A DNA stretch of 64,000 bases from Minisyncoccota bacterium (lineage in GTDB: Bacteria; Patescibacteriota; Minisyncoccia; UBA6257; 2-01-FULL-56-20): assembly GCA_035509435.1 (NCBI GenBank), contig DATJLR010000002.1, positions 330,338-394,337 of the forward strand. The letters are read 5' to 3'. A program made the position numbers and the translations under genes. Under the pieces are notes generated by a model. It did not search any database, had not been told where the DNA came from, and saw nothing but the letters and a program-made list of their open reading frames with translations. The stretch's first letter is position 1. Every line of letters starts with the position of its first letter. Shown here piece after piece: positions 18,025 through 27,754 of this stretch.

Positions 18025-19257
18025 CTATTTTTCCGAATTATACAGTGCCATGATCTCCGCCGGAGAGAGCGCCCGGTTGTAGATGCGGACGTCGTCGATG
18101 CTGCCGAGAAAATCTCGGGCATTGTCGGTGTTCCATGCTCCGATGGACATATTCGCCGTGGCAGATGGAATCGTGGAGGTGACCGCGTCGGTCTTCACGA
18201 GAGATCCGTTCTCATATAAAGACGTGCTACTCGCTGAGAAAAATGTGATGGTTATGAATGTCCATTGCCCGGTCGGCGGACTTCCTCCAAAGCCAAATGT
18301 AGCGCCGTTCATATATAAATCCATCCCCAGATCAACGCCATAACCATTTACGGCATAACCAGTTGTGCTTTTATCTATGATTCTTGCGGTAATAAGAGGG
18401 ATGCTCGGCGGATCGATCCATGCCGTTATTGTAAAATTAGATCCGGCCAACATAAGAGAATTTGTTCCGGAAATAGAACCGAGCGATACGCTGTTCGTGC
18501 TCCCATCGAACGTCCCCGCATAGGTTCCCACCTTGCCGCCCGTATAGTGGCTTCCATTGATAGAACTCCCGTTCCACGTCCCCGTGTTCCCGTTGCCGGA
18601 AGCATCGATCGTGCTTGATCCACTCCCCTCGCTCATCGGCCAGTAGCCCACAAGGCCTGTGGGGTTATAGAGGGCAGAGATGCCCTGGGTCCCTCCTGAT
18701 ATGACCTCAGGGAAATAGGTGGTCTGGAGGGAAGCCCCGTATTGTTGCTTGTATTTCTGCGATTCCAGATTGGCGGTCACCTGGAACTGGGTGCCGTTCG
18801 TATTGTAGGCATAGAAGAGGCCTGAACTCGTGGCATTCACGGGGTCCACCGGCAGGTTGCTCACGGGATTGCCTGAGGAAATGGAGGTCAGATTCACGGG
18901 GATCCAGCCTGCACTGTTGATGCTGCGGTAGGTGCTTGTGGCGCTGCATTGCCAGGAGCCGGAGGTGAAGGAAGGGAGGCCCAAGCTTCCGCATGCATTC
19001 GTGCTTGTGGCCGCAGGATCAGGGACAGAGATGCCGGTATTTGCCGTATTGCCAAGGGAGAAAGAGGATGCCCCTGCCTGGTCGGTCACATAGAGGTTCA
19101 AGGCGCTTTGGAGCGTTGCCATGTCGCTTACCCGGTTCGCGTCACGGCTCTGGCGGAGAAGCTCTGCGGGATTCAGGGTCAGAACCACCACCACCGCAAG
19201 GATGGCGATGATGGCGATCACGACCAGAAGCTCGATGAGGGTGAACGCGGAGCGGGG
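18025..19257 (-). CDS. Type IV pilin-like (prepilin N-terminal methylation motif) protein with C-terminal LamG/concanavalin-A-like lectin domain; start codon unresolved
   Basis: AFTLIELLVVIAIIAILAVV class-III signal-like segment; C-terminal GSIDDVRIYNRALSPAEI LamG signature; no in-frame ATG/GTG/TTG between the obg start and the FTLIE motif. Confidence 0.7.
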   Translation of the reverse strand, partial: PRSAFTLIELLVVIAIIAILAVVVVLTLNPAELLRQSRDANRVSDMATLQSALNLYVTDQAGASSFSLGNTANTGISVPDPAATSTNACGSLGLPSFTSGSWQCSATSTYRSINSAGWIPVNLTSISSGNPVSNLPVDPVNATSSGLFYAYNTNGTQFQVTANLESQKYKQQYGASLQTTYFPEVISGGTQGISALYNPTGLVGYWPMSEGSGSSTIDASGNGNTGTWNGSSINGSHYTGGKVGTYAGTFDGSTNSVSLGSISGTNSLMLAGSNFTITAWIDPPSIPLITARIIDKSTTGYAVNGYGVDLGMDLYMNGATFGFGGSPPTGQWTFITITFFSASSTSLYENGSLVKTDAVTSTIPSATANMSIGAWNTDNARDFLGSIDDVRIYNRALSPAEIMALYNSEK

Positions 19258-19317
19258 GGGAATTTCTCCGATAGGGAGGCATATGCTAATTGTAGCAAAT
19301 ACAGGTACAATGACATC

Positions 19318-20280
19318 ATGCTTATCGACGATGTGAACGTCCGCATTTCTGCGGGACACGGCGGCAAAGGCGCCGTGGCTTTTAATAAGAATATGATGAG
19401 CTTGGGGCCCGCCGGCGGGAGCGGCGGCCTGGGTGGCAGTGTCTATGCGGAAGGCGTATCCGACCTCTCCGCGCTTGGCCAGTTCCGCTTCAAAAAAGAA
19501 TTTGCGGCCGAGAATGGAGCCGACGGACGCGGCCAGTTCCGTGATGGACATGACGGCAAAGATCTCATCATTAAAGTTCCCGTCGGTACGATCGCGCACA
19601 ACCTGACTACCGGCGAAAATTTTGATATCGATCATAGCGGTCAGCGCGTGTTGCTGGCGAAAGGCGGTAACGGCGGTAAGGGAAATTTTCTCTTTCGCTC
19701 ATCGCGCAACACGACACCCAAACAATCCCAACCCGGACTCCCCGGTGAATCGTTCGATTTCCGCCTGGAGCTCAAGTTCATTGCCGATGTCGGATTCGTC
19801 GGTTTGCCAAATGTCGGCAAATCCAGTTTATTGAATGACTTGACCAATGCCAAAAGTAAGGTGGCAAACTATGCTTTTACCACCCTTGAGCCGAATCTCG
19901 GCACGTACTATGAGCTGATCCTGGCGGACATCCCCGGACTCATCGAGGGCTCCTCGTCAGGCAAAGGGCTCGGTACGCGTTTTCTGCGCCATATTGAGCG
20001 GACCCGGACACTATTCCATTTTATTTCCGCCGAATCCCCCACTCCCGTCGCCGATTATAAAACGATCCGTGCCGAGCTTGGCAAATATAACAAGGCGTTG
20101 CTCAAAAAGCCGGAACATCTTTTCCTCACCAAGTCTGACACGGTTGATGGAAAAGAATTAAAATCCACCCTTACCAAACTGAAAAAAATTAACCCGAAGG
20201 CCATTGCGATCTCGATCATCGACGAAGAGAGCATTAAGAAGGTACAAAAGCTTCTGAATACTATCAAGGCAAAAAAATAA
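19318..20280 (+). CDS. obg: GTPase Obg/CgtA
   Basis: N-terminal Obg fold (MLIDDVNVRISAGHGGKGAVAF, glycine-rich repeats), G1 GLPNVGKSS, G3 DIPG. Confidence 0.9.
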   Translation: MLIDDVNVRISAGHGGKGAVAFNKNMMSLGPAGGSGGLGGSVYAEGVSDLSALGQFRFKKEFAAENGADGRGQFRDGHDGKDLIIKVPVGTIAHNLTTGENFDIDHSGQRVLLAKGGNGGKGNFLFRSSRNTTPKQSQPGLPGESFDFRLELKFIADVGFVGLPNVGKSSLLNDLTNAKSKVANYAFTTLEPNLGTYYELILADIPGLIEGSSSGKGLGTRFLRHIERTRTLFHFISAESPTPVADYKTIRAELGKYNKALLKKPEHLFLTKSDTVDGKELKSTLTKLKKINPKAIAISIIDEESIKKVQKLLNTIKAKK

Positions 20281-20472
20281 AGAAGGGCGCCGTGACCACA
20301 GGCGCCCCTTGTCCCCTTTCGAAGACCCTACTTCTCTGGTTACGGCCCTTTCCATAGATCGGACCATCCTTCTATCGGGGGACCGTTGGAATTATATACA
20401 AATCATAAAAAATATCATATACTACGGACATGACGCGCAACAGCGCGTTCTTCTATTGTAACCATCACCTTT

Positions 20473-21924
20473 ATGGCAAACGAAGTAATTCTCAGGTTCA
20501 GCGACGTCACATTCGTGTACGGCAAGAAGCCCATTCTCAATGAGGCCGCTTTTTCGGTGCGCCGCGGGGCGAAGATCACGCTCATGGGGCAGAATGGCGC
20601 GGGCAAAAGCACGATATTCCGACTGATTGCGGGCGAATTGCATCCGGAAGAGGGCGATGTGATCGTCGAGAATGGTATGACAATGGCAATGGCGCGACAG
20701 GTCATCCCCCGCGATCAGTTGGATTCCACTGTTTTAGACTTCTTTAACACTGCGTTCCCGGGCAAGAAAGTGTATGATATCGAGCCGCGCGTCAAAAAAG
20801 CGCTGGATATCGTAAATCTCACCGCCCCGCTCGACCGCACGGTCGGCAGCTTTTCCGGCGGCCAGCAGGCGCGCCTGCTCCTTGCACACGCGCTCATCCA
20901 GGATCCCGATATGCTCCTGCTCGATGAGCCGACGAACAATCTCGATAAGGCCGGCATTGAACATCTCACGAACTTTATAAAAGAATCAAAGAAGACGTGC
21001 ATTGTGATCTCCCACGACGCGGACTTTTTGAACGCGTTCACTGAAGGTGTTCTTTACCTTGATAGCTTTACTAAAAAAGTGGAACAGTATGTGGGCAACT
21101 ACTTTGATGTAGTGAAGGAGATCACCGCGCGACTGGAGCGAGAGCGCATGAAGAAGGTCCGGCTTGAGAAAGAGATCCAGCACCGCAAGGACCAGGCGAA
21201 CTTCTTTGCGCAAAAAGGCGGCCACATGCGCGACGTTGCCAAAAAGATGTGGAACAAGATCGACGAGCTCGAGGAGGATATTCCTGAGTCGCGCCAGGAA
21301 GACCGCACGATCCGCCAGTTCGCCATTCCCTGCCAGGCGGATGTGAGCGGCCAGATACTTCAACTTACTTCAGTGAATGTCATCAAGAATCACAAACCGA
21401 CTGCCAAAAAAGTGAATGTCGTGCTTAAAAAGAACGAGCGCCTTCATCTTGCCGGACCGAATGGCATCGGAAAGACGACGCTCCTTGAAGCCCTTGCCAC
21501 CGGCCATGCCAAGGGCGAGATCGTAGAGCCGGGCGTCCGCATCGGCTATTATCGCCAGGATTTTTCCACGCTCGATTTTGACGCCACCGTCTGGGACACG
21601 CTTTCGCGTGCCATGCGCGAAGGCGACCATGAAAAGCTGCGCTCTCACGCGGCAGGATTTTTGATAGACGCGGAACTGCTTCGCGCAAAGATCGGCTCGC
21701 TTTCCGAAGGCCAAAAAGGTCTCGTCGCCTTCGCGAAGCTGTCCCTTGAGGCGCCGGGTCTTCTCATCCTCGACGAGCCGACGAATCACATCAATTTTCG
21801 CCACATTCCGATCATCGCAAAAGCGCTCGACCGCTACGAAGGCGCGATGATCCTTGTGAGCCACGTGCCGGACTTTGTGAAGCAGATCCGCATAGACCAG
21901 ACGCTGGATCTGGCGGCACTTTAA
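20473..21924 (+). CDS. ABC-F family ATPase (two tandem ABC domains, no TMD)
   Basis: Two Walker A (GQNGAGKST, GPNGIGKTT), two signature/Walker B sets, inter-domain linker. Confidence 0.85.
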   Translation: MANEVILRFSDVTFVYGKKPILNEAAFSVRRGAKITLMGQNGAGKSTIFRLIAGELHPEEGDVIVENGMTMAMARQVIPRDQLDSTVLDFFNTAFPGKKVYDIEPRVKKALDIVNLTAPLDRTVGSFSGGQQARLLLAHALIQDPDMLLLDEPTNNLDKAGIEHLTNFIKESKKTCIVISHDADFLNAFTEGVLYLDSFTKKVEQYVGNYFDVVKEITARLERERMKKVRLEKEIQHRKDQANFFAQKGGHMRDVAKKMWNKIDELEEDIPESRQEDRTIRQFAIPCQADVSGQILQLTSVNVIKNHKPTAKKVNVVLKKNERLHLAGPNGIGKTTLLEALATGHAKGEIVEPGVRIGYYRQDFSTLDFDATVWDTLSRAMREGDHEKLRSHAAGFLIDAELLRAKIGSLSEGQKGLVAFAKLSLEAPGLLILDEPTNHINFRHIPIIAKALDRYEGAMILVSHVPDFVKQIRIDQTLDLAAL

Positions 21925-22304
21925 TCTTTTTTCTCGAGATCCAGACAAACCGAATTGATGCAGTAACGCTTGCCGCCTTTGTCTTCAGGACCATCATCGA
22001 AGACGTGGCCAAGGTGGGCGCCGCAGGTCTTGCAGATAACTTCTGTGCGGTTCATGCCAAAGCTGCGATCGGTCTTCAGTTCAACCTTCTCCAGGTTGAC
22101 CGGTTCGGTGAAACTTGGCCAGCCGGATTTTGAATCAAATTTGGTGTCGGATGAAAAGAGTTCCGTGCCGCACACGGCGCATTTGTACATTCCCTTCGCG
22201 TGCTCGTTCCAATATTTCCCTTTGAACGCGCCTTCGGTGCCGCCTTCGCGGGCGACATGGTACAGCTCCGGATTTTCTTTTTTAAGTTCTTCGTCAGTTT
22301 TCAT
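21921..22304 (-). CDS. msrB: Peptide methionine sulfoxide reductase MsrB
   Basis: Two CxxC zinc motifs (CAVCGTELF, CKTCGAHLGHVFDDGP) and the RYCINS catalytic region. Confidence 0.85.
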   Translation of the reverse strand: MKTDEELKKENPELYHVAREGGTEGAFKGKYWNEHAKGMYKCAVCGTELFSSDTKFDSKSGWPSFTEPVNLEKVELKTDRSFGMNRTEVICKTCGAHLGHVFDDGPEDKGGKRYCINSVCLDLEKKD

Positions 22305-22852
22305 TTGGATTTTTCTTTTAATAGGTTTACAAACTGCTTTTGCAGTTTTTCGACCTTCGGTTCGATGATCACCTGGCAATAACCGGCGTTCGGATGGTTT
22401 TTGAAATAGTGCCGGTGATAATCCTCGGCGTCGTAGAATTCGCCGAGCGGAACCACTTCGGTGACGATCGGACGTCCTTTTGGATCGGATGCGGTAAGCT
22501 CCGCGATGAATTTCTCCGCCTCTGCCTCTTGTGCCGGCGTAGAATAGAAGATGGCCGAGCGATACTGCGTGCCCACATCATTTCCCTGCCGGTTGAGCGT
22601 TGTCGGGTCATGGGTGGCAAAGAATACCGTGAGCAGATCGCGATACGTGACCTGTAACGGATCGAACTCGATGCGCGTGGCTTCCGCGTGGCCGGTCTCG
22701 CCGGTGCAGACGGCGTCATATGATGGATTCGGCACCGTGCCGCCCGTATAGCCGGGCATCACGGAGATCACCCCGCGCAATTCCTCGAACACCGCTTCGG
22801 TGCACCAGAAACACCCTCCGCCGAATACCGCCACTTCAGTTTTTGTTCCCAT
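22301..22852 (-). CDS. msrA: Peptide methionine sulfoxide reductase MsrA
   Basis: Catalytic GGGCFWC motif at the N-terminus. Confidence 0.9.
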   Translation of the reverse strand: MGTKTEVAVFGGGCFWCTEAVFEELRGVISVMPGYTGGTVPNPSYDAVCTGETGHAEATRIEFDPLQVTYRDLLTVFFATHDPTTLNRQGNDVGTQYRSAIFYSTPAQEAEAEKFIAELTASDPKGRPIVTEVVPLGEFYDAEDYHRHYFKNHPNAGYCQVIIEPKVEKLQKQFVNLLKEKSK

Positions 22853-22862
22853 ATTCGTGTAA

Positions 22863-23480
22863 TTATGCCGTTAATGGATGTTTCTTGAGAAGGTTCGCGT
22901 AGTAGACCAGGTTCCGCGCCATCGTCTTCGCCATATGCGGTGTTGCCCCGTTCTTCAAGCGGCGCTCACGGTCGGTGGACGGCGGCATTCCCACCTCGCC
23001 GACCCAGTACGTGCAGCATTGCGGCGGAAGCGTGAAGTTCATGAACGTGAGCACCTCCATGATGCCCGCGAGCACCGCCTGCGCGCCGTCCTCGCTGCCC
23101 GTGATCACGACCCCCGCCACTTTATTGAGCAGCTCGGCGCGGCCGCCGGCAATGACCTCTTCATCGAACGCGTCCAGCCGCTCGATCACCCGCTGCATCA
23201 AACTGGAGCGTCCGCCCCACCATATTGGCGTCGCAAATATGACGATGTCCGCGATGCGGATCTTGTTTACGATCTCCGGCCATTCGTCGCCTTCACCCTC
23301 GCTGAATCCGAGCCCGACTGGAATGTTCCTGTCGGCAAGACGAACGATCTCCGAAGTGATCGTCGCCTGCTTCAGGTCATCCATCTCCTTGAGCACAAGC
23401 CGGACGACCTCTTCGGTATTCGATATGCCGCCATCCTGATGCTTGAGCGATGCATTCAAAACCAATACGTTCAATTTCAT
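22863..23480 (-). CDS. NAD(P)H-dependent FMN reductase / flavodoxin-like fold protein
   Basis: MKLNVLVLNASLK start and TPIWWGG motif typical of the NADPH-dependent FMN reductase family. Confidence 0.75.
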   Translation of the reverse strand: MKLNVLVLNASLKHQDGGISNTEEVVRLVLKEMDDLKQATITSEIVRLADRNIPVGLGFSEGEGDEWPEIVNKIRIADIVIFATPIWWGGRSSLMQRVIERLDAFDEEVIAGGRAELLNKVAGVVITGSEDGAQAVLAGIMEVLTFMNFTLPPQCCTYWVGEVGMPPSTDRERRLKNGATPHMAKTMARNLVYYANLLKKHPLTA

Positions 23481-23512
23481 TTTTCAATTATATTATTCCT
23501 TATGGCGGCGCG

Positions 23513-24760
23513 CTATCCAAAGGTAAACGTGTACGCCTGAAGCCCCGGTGTCTCAACGATAAGCTGCAGTGTATGCACTCCGCCGCCATTCGGGTCGCTC
23601 ACCAAATTGTAGAGGCGATTACCCGAGATGGTCACCTTTCCGTTGTGGACATCGCTGCCGGCGTCCGCGGCGCTGATCGGCGCCCCATCCTGCATTACGT
23701 CCACCACGGTGCCGTTCGGGGCTCCGGCGGCGACTATATATACATTGCCGGCATTGTACTCATAAGTGATCGTCGCGCCCGCGCTGATGTTTTGCGCATA
23801 TTGGTCCTCAAAGTCCCACGTGCCGCCGAGATAAAGCTGATTCAGCTGGATGGCGCTCGGCACCGGCGCCGTGAGCGTCTGGCTGCCGTTCACGAAGAAC
23901 GTGCCATTGGCAAGCAAACTGTTCCTTGCCGCGCCGAAGTATGTTTCCGGACTTTGGATCTCGTTCAGGTTGTCGGAGGTAAGGTCGACGGTCGACGTCG
24001 GGATATCCGTTGTGTTCTGTCCCAGAAGTTGCGCGCGCTGAACCAATAATTTCTGAATATCCGATTCGGTCGTCGCGTAATCCCCTTCGCCCACATGGTC
24101 GTGCACGATATAGCCGGCGATGTCGATGAGATATTCATGCGGCCAGTACAGGTTGTTATATGCATTCCATGTTCCATAGTTGCTGTCGAGAACGACCGGA
24201 TAATGGATGCCGTATTCGGCCACGGCGCTTTGCACATTGCTCAATTCCTTTTCAAAGTCGAATTCCGGAGTATGGATGCCGACGATCGTGAGCCCGTATG
24301 GCTCATATTTTTGATACCAGGCGTTGAGATACGGGATCGTTCGCACGCAGTTGATGCAGCTATAGGTCCAAAAATCGAGCAGGATCACGCGCTGTCCGAC
24401 GAGGCTTTTTAAGGTGAACGTGGATGACACATTGATAAAGCCGGTAGGATCGGTTATTTCGACCGCCGCCTGGTCGCCGGCGGCCTTATCCGATGCCGCG
24501 ATCTGTTGCAATGACGCCTTCTCTCCGCTCGTAAGGTCGGTGACCGGCGCCGGTGCGGGATTGCCCGTGCTGCTTCCCGCGGCCATCGAGCTGGTGCTTT
24601 CCATGCTTGTCGTGGCGTTCGCAAGGAGTGTATTCACGTCGATCGCCTGTCCCGCGCCGCCGGATGCCGCCGGATGGACCTTCATGTCCTCCAGATACCA
24701 GATGCTTCCGACCACTACGAGAATGATCGCGATGAACGCAATTTTTTTTGTGGTGCTCAT
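23513..24760 (-). CDS. Membrane-anchored thioredoxin-fold thiol-disulfide oxidoreductase (TlpA/ResA/DipZ-C-like) with extra C-terminal beta-rich domain
   Basis: N-terminal TM, linker, thioredoxin core with redox motif WTYSCINC. Confidence 0.8.
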   Translation of the reverse strand: MSTTKKIAFIAIILVVVGSIWYLEDMKVHPAASGGAGQAIDVNTLLANATTSMESTSSMAAGSSTGNPAPAPVTDLTSGEKASLQQIAASDKAAGDQAAVEITDPTGFINVSSTFTLKSLVGQRVILLDFWTYSCINCVRTIPYLNAWYQKYEPYGLTIVGIHTPEFDFEKELSNVQSAVAEYGIHYPVVLDSNYGTWNAYNNLYWPHEYLIDIAGYIVHDHVGEGDYATTESDIQKLLVQRAQLLGQNTTDIPTSTVDLTSDNLNEIQSPETYFGAARNSLLANGTFFVNGSQTLTAPVPSAIQLNQLYLGGTWDFEDQYAQNISAGATITYEYNAGNVYIVAAGAPNGTVVDVMQDGAPISAADAGSDVHNGKVTISGNRLYNLVSDPNGGGVHTLQLIVETPGLQAYTFTFG

Positions 24761-24775
24761 GATGAATGGTTATTT

Positions 24776-25498
24776 TTATACTTTTAACTTCAATAACAGA
24801 TCGTTCACAAACCCGAAGTTCGCGATAAGGGGCAGGTCCTGCGTGAAGACCAGGACGCCAAGCACGACCAGGATGGCGCCGAAAAACGGGTTCACATATT
24901 CCAGTTTCGCTGCATATTTGTTTATAAGCGCGGCACTTTGTGCGACGAACAGCCCAACGATAAGGAACGGGATGCCGAGGCCGATCGCGTATGAGAGCAG
25001 GAGCCAGAACGCCTCGCCTGGCGCGGATGCCGCAATGCCAAGAATGCCGCCGAGCACCGGCCCCACGCATGGCGTCCACCCGGCGGCGAACGCAAGCCCG
25101 AACAGGAGCGAGGTGAGGTAGCGGGACCTGAGCTTTGCGCCAAAGTTCAATTTATGGTCGCTCTCAAAGAAGCGGATCCGGAAAAATCCCATCAGATAAA
25201 GTCCGAAGAAGATCACGATCGTGCCGCCGATCCACGCAAGCCACGACTGCACTGCATAGGCAATGTGCGAAAGCACCCCGTTCAGCAGCACGCCCAGCAG
25301 GGCGAACACGATCGAGAACCCCAGCACAAAGAAAAAACTGTTCAGAAAAATGCTCCACCGCGAAGGCTTCGCCGCGGCATTCGATGACGATTCTCCTGCC
25401 AGATATGCCAAAAAGCCCGGGATGATCGGCAGAATGCATGGCGAAAGGAACGATACAATGCCGGCAAGGAACGCGACGAGAATAGGAATATCAGTCAT
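24776..25498 (-). CDS. ccdA: Cytochrome c-type biogenesis protein CcdA / DsbD-beta-like thiol-disulfide transporter
   Basis: Six TM helices with the two conserved cysteines (FLSPCILP, GWTPCVGP). Confidence 0.85.
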   Translation of the reverse strand: MTDIPILVAFLAGIVSFLSPCILPIIPGFLAYLAGESSSNAAAKPSRWSIFLNSFFFVLGFSIVFALLGVLLNGVLSHIAYAVQSWLAWIGGTIVIFFGLYLMGFFRIRFFESDHKLNFGAKLRSRYLTSLLFGLAFAAGWTPCVGPVLGGILGIAASAPGEAFWLLLSYAIGLGIPFLIVGLFVAQSAALINKYAAKLEYVNPFFGAILVVLGVLVFTQDLPLIANFGFVNDLLLKLKV

Positions 25499-25506
25499 GG
25501 GCAAAA

Positions 25507-25863
25507 TTATAACCTGCTTTTTCCGTAAATAAGGCCGCCGATCTTTGCGATCACCATAAGCGCAAGCGCGTAGATAAGCCATGGATCAAGTGCGTGCTGG
25601 AGCTCGCCGGTCACTATGCCTACCAGGAGCAGCGCCGAGCCGGCAAAGTATGCGATGCGATCGGCAAACAGGCGGTGGAATTGCTCGCGTTCGTCGCCGC
25701 GGCTCTCGCGCCAGAGGAATGTGGCAAAGAATATATAAAGTGCGACCGCGCCGATCAAAAGCCCCATCACCGCGTAGCCGGGCATGAATACGTTCCATGG
25801 ATTGAATATCACGAAAAGCAACACAAGCAGTCCCAACCCTACCAGCAGTTCTTTTTTTGCCAT
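25507..25863 (-). CDS. Small membrane protein (DUF2178-like partner of an XRE regulator)
   Basis: 119 aa, 4 TM; overlaps the stop of the upstream XRE gene, a recurrent XRE + membrane-protein pair. Confidence 0.55.
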   Translation of the reverse strand: MAKKELLVGLGLLVLLFVIFNPWNVFMPGYAVMGLLIGAVALYIFFATFLWRESRGDEREQFHRLFADRIAYFAGSALLLVGIVTGELQHALDPWLIYALALMVIAKIGGLIYGKSRL

Positions 25864-25873
25864 AGTAATGTAG

Positions 25874-26077
25874 TTATGAGAGATAAAATAATTCTTCGAC
25901 CGGCCGCTTAAAAAATTTTGCCAGGCGGAGCGCGAGCAAAACGGACGGGACATAGTTCCCTTTCTCGATCGCAATGATCGTCTGGCGGCTCACGCCGATC
26001 TTCTCCGAAAGCTTCTCCTGCGTGATGTCCGCAGCCGTCCGGATCTCGTAGATCGTATTTTTCACCGCTTCTTTCAT
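25874..26077 (-). CDS. XRE-family helix-turn-helix transcriptional regulator
   Basis: 67-aa Cro/C1-type HTH (ITQEKLSEKIGVSRQTIIAIEKG). Confidence 0.8.
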   Translation of the reverse strand: MKEAVKNTIYEIRTAADITQEKLSEKIGVSRQTIIAIEKGNYVPSVLLALRLAKFFKRPVEELFYLS

Positions 26078-26128
26078 GATCTCAGTATACGGCGCGCTCC
26101 ATGAATGTCAAGTACTCTTTACATTGCC

Positions 26129-27745
26129 CTACTGGGCAAGCGGGATCGTCGCCCTGAACGTGCTTCCCTTTCCCTCTCCCGGTGATTCCGCCACGAGCGT
26201 TCCGCCATGCGCCTCCACGATCTTGCGGGCTATATATAAGCCAAGGCCGGTGCCGCGAACCTCTTTTTTGATCCGCTCGTCACGGATGAACTCTTCGAAA
26301 AGGAACGGGATGAGCGCGGCCGGAATGCCATAGCCGGAATCGCTGACCACGATGCTCGCCTTGCCTTGTTCTGCCTTCAACTCCACTTTTACAAACCCGG
26401 CCGGCGTGTATTTGATCGCGTTGTCGATCAGGTTCTGGACCACCTGCTTGAACTTCTCCTTGTCGATGCTTACCGTTACGGGTGACGGCGGGAGCGCGGC
26501 GGTGAGGGAAAGCTTTTTCGTCTCGGCAAGCGGCATGATCGAATCCACGGTTCCGGCGACGATCGGCACCAGGTCCGCTTTTTCGAACGAATATTCCATC
26601 TTCCCCTCCTCCACCTTGCGCACGTCGAGAAGCGTGTTGATGAGCCCGATCAGCTCATCCGCCGATTGCTGGACCTTCCCGAGCGCTTCCTTGGCCTTAT
26701 CGCTCACCTCGCCATACGAACCGCCGATCACGAGCGTAATGAACCCCTTCATCGCCGCGAGCGGCGAACGGATCTGGTGCGACGCGAGCGACAACAATTC
26801 GCTCTTGAAGCGGCCGAGTTCCGCAAGTTGGGCGTTGCTGGCCTCGATCTTCTTATTGAGATGCTCAAGCTCTTCGCGCTGCTCTACTTCCCGCTGGACG
26901 CTTTGGATGAGGAGGATCCCGAATACCAGAACAAGAACGAACACCACGGTCTGGAATATGATCACCGCGGTTCCTTTGGACACCGTCACTTCCGCAAACG
27001 TGACGATCGCGAGAACAAAGGTCATGGCCTCTGCGGCAAAGACCTTTACCCGAAGCAAATGATGCCGGATGATCGCATATGCGGTAAGTCCCGCGAGCGG
27101 AAAGATGAATACCGCGCCCAGCTCCAGGAAGCGGGTTATATTGAAGAACGCGGGAAGGATATAGTTGAACACGATATGGCAAAGGAATGTGATCGTCGCG
27201 CCGGCAAGCACCAGCGCATAGGCCGCGCGTTCGGTTTTTTCAGCCCTCAATAATTTCTTTAAAAGAAGAACGAATGCGCTTATCACAAGCGATACGATGA
27301 GCATTCCGAATATTGCGATACCGAAGCCGGGCTGGGCGACCGGTGCCTGTCCGGCAGCTCCTATCGTCTGAATGCCTTTGAACGTGAATGGCGTGAGGGT
27401 GAAGAGGTCTACGAGGATGACGGCGGGAACCAATATCCTGGCATACCAACGCGGCCAATCCATTGTCTTTCCCGGAAACACATAAAAGAACTGGAAAAGA
27501 GCGAAGGTATACCATACGGCAAAAAACAGGACGAACCGGAACAGCCAAAGGATGACGGCGGGCGAAGAGAACTGATAGCTTAAATAATTCACGATGCTCC
27601 ACAGGGACGCGGCGACGGACAAAAACAGAAAGCTTTTATTGGTGACACTCGTACGGTCATTGAAAAATGCCACAAAGCCCAGGATGGTGATCGCCGCAAC
27701 CGTGACCGCGACGGATAAGAGATCGATGTTGTTAAGGGTGGTCAC
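26129..27745 (-). CDS. Sensor histidine kinase with ~8-TM N-terminal sensor region
   Basis: H-box LASHQIRSPLAAM; N, G1 (DSGYGI) and G2 (GTGLGL) boxes of HATPase_c. Confidence 0.85.
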   Translation of the reverse strand: MTTLNNIDLLSVAVTVAAITILGFVAFFNDRTSVTNKSFLFLSVAASLWSIVNYLSYQFSSPAVILWLFRFVLFFAVWYTFALFQFFYVFPGKTMDWPRWYARILVPAVILVDLFTLTPFTFKGIQTIGAAGQAPVAQPGFGIAIFGMLIVSLVISAFVLLLKKLLRAEKTERAAYALVLAGATITFLCHIVFNYILPAFFNITRFLELGAVFIFPLAGLTAYAIIRHHLLRVKVFAAEAMTFVLAIVTFAEVTVSKGTAVIIFQTVVFVLVLVFGILLIQSVQREVEQREELEHLNKKIEASNAQLAELGRFKSELLSLASHQIRSPLAAMKGFITLVIGGSYGEVSDKAKEALGKVQQSADELIGLINTLLDVRKVEEGKMEYSFEKADLVPIVAGTVDSIMPLAETKKLSLTAALPPSPVTVSIDKEKFKQVVQNLIDNAIKYTPAGFVKVELKAEQGKASIVVSDSGYGIPAALIPFLFEEFIRDERIKKEVRGTGLGLYIARKIVEAHGGTLVAESPGEGKGSTFRATIPLAQ

Positions 27746-27754
27746 GGAGAGGAG

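Noticed and set aside
19258-19635. Upstream 126-codon extension of the pilin-LamG ORF
   Set aside because: Antisense to the conserved N-terminal domain of obg, and would place >100 cytoplasmic residues before a prepilin signal, which is not how class-III signals work.
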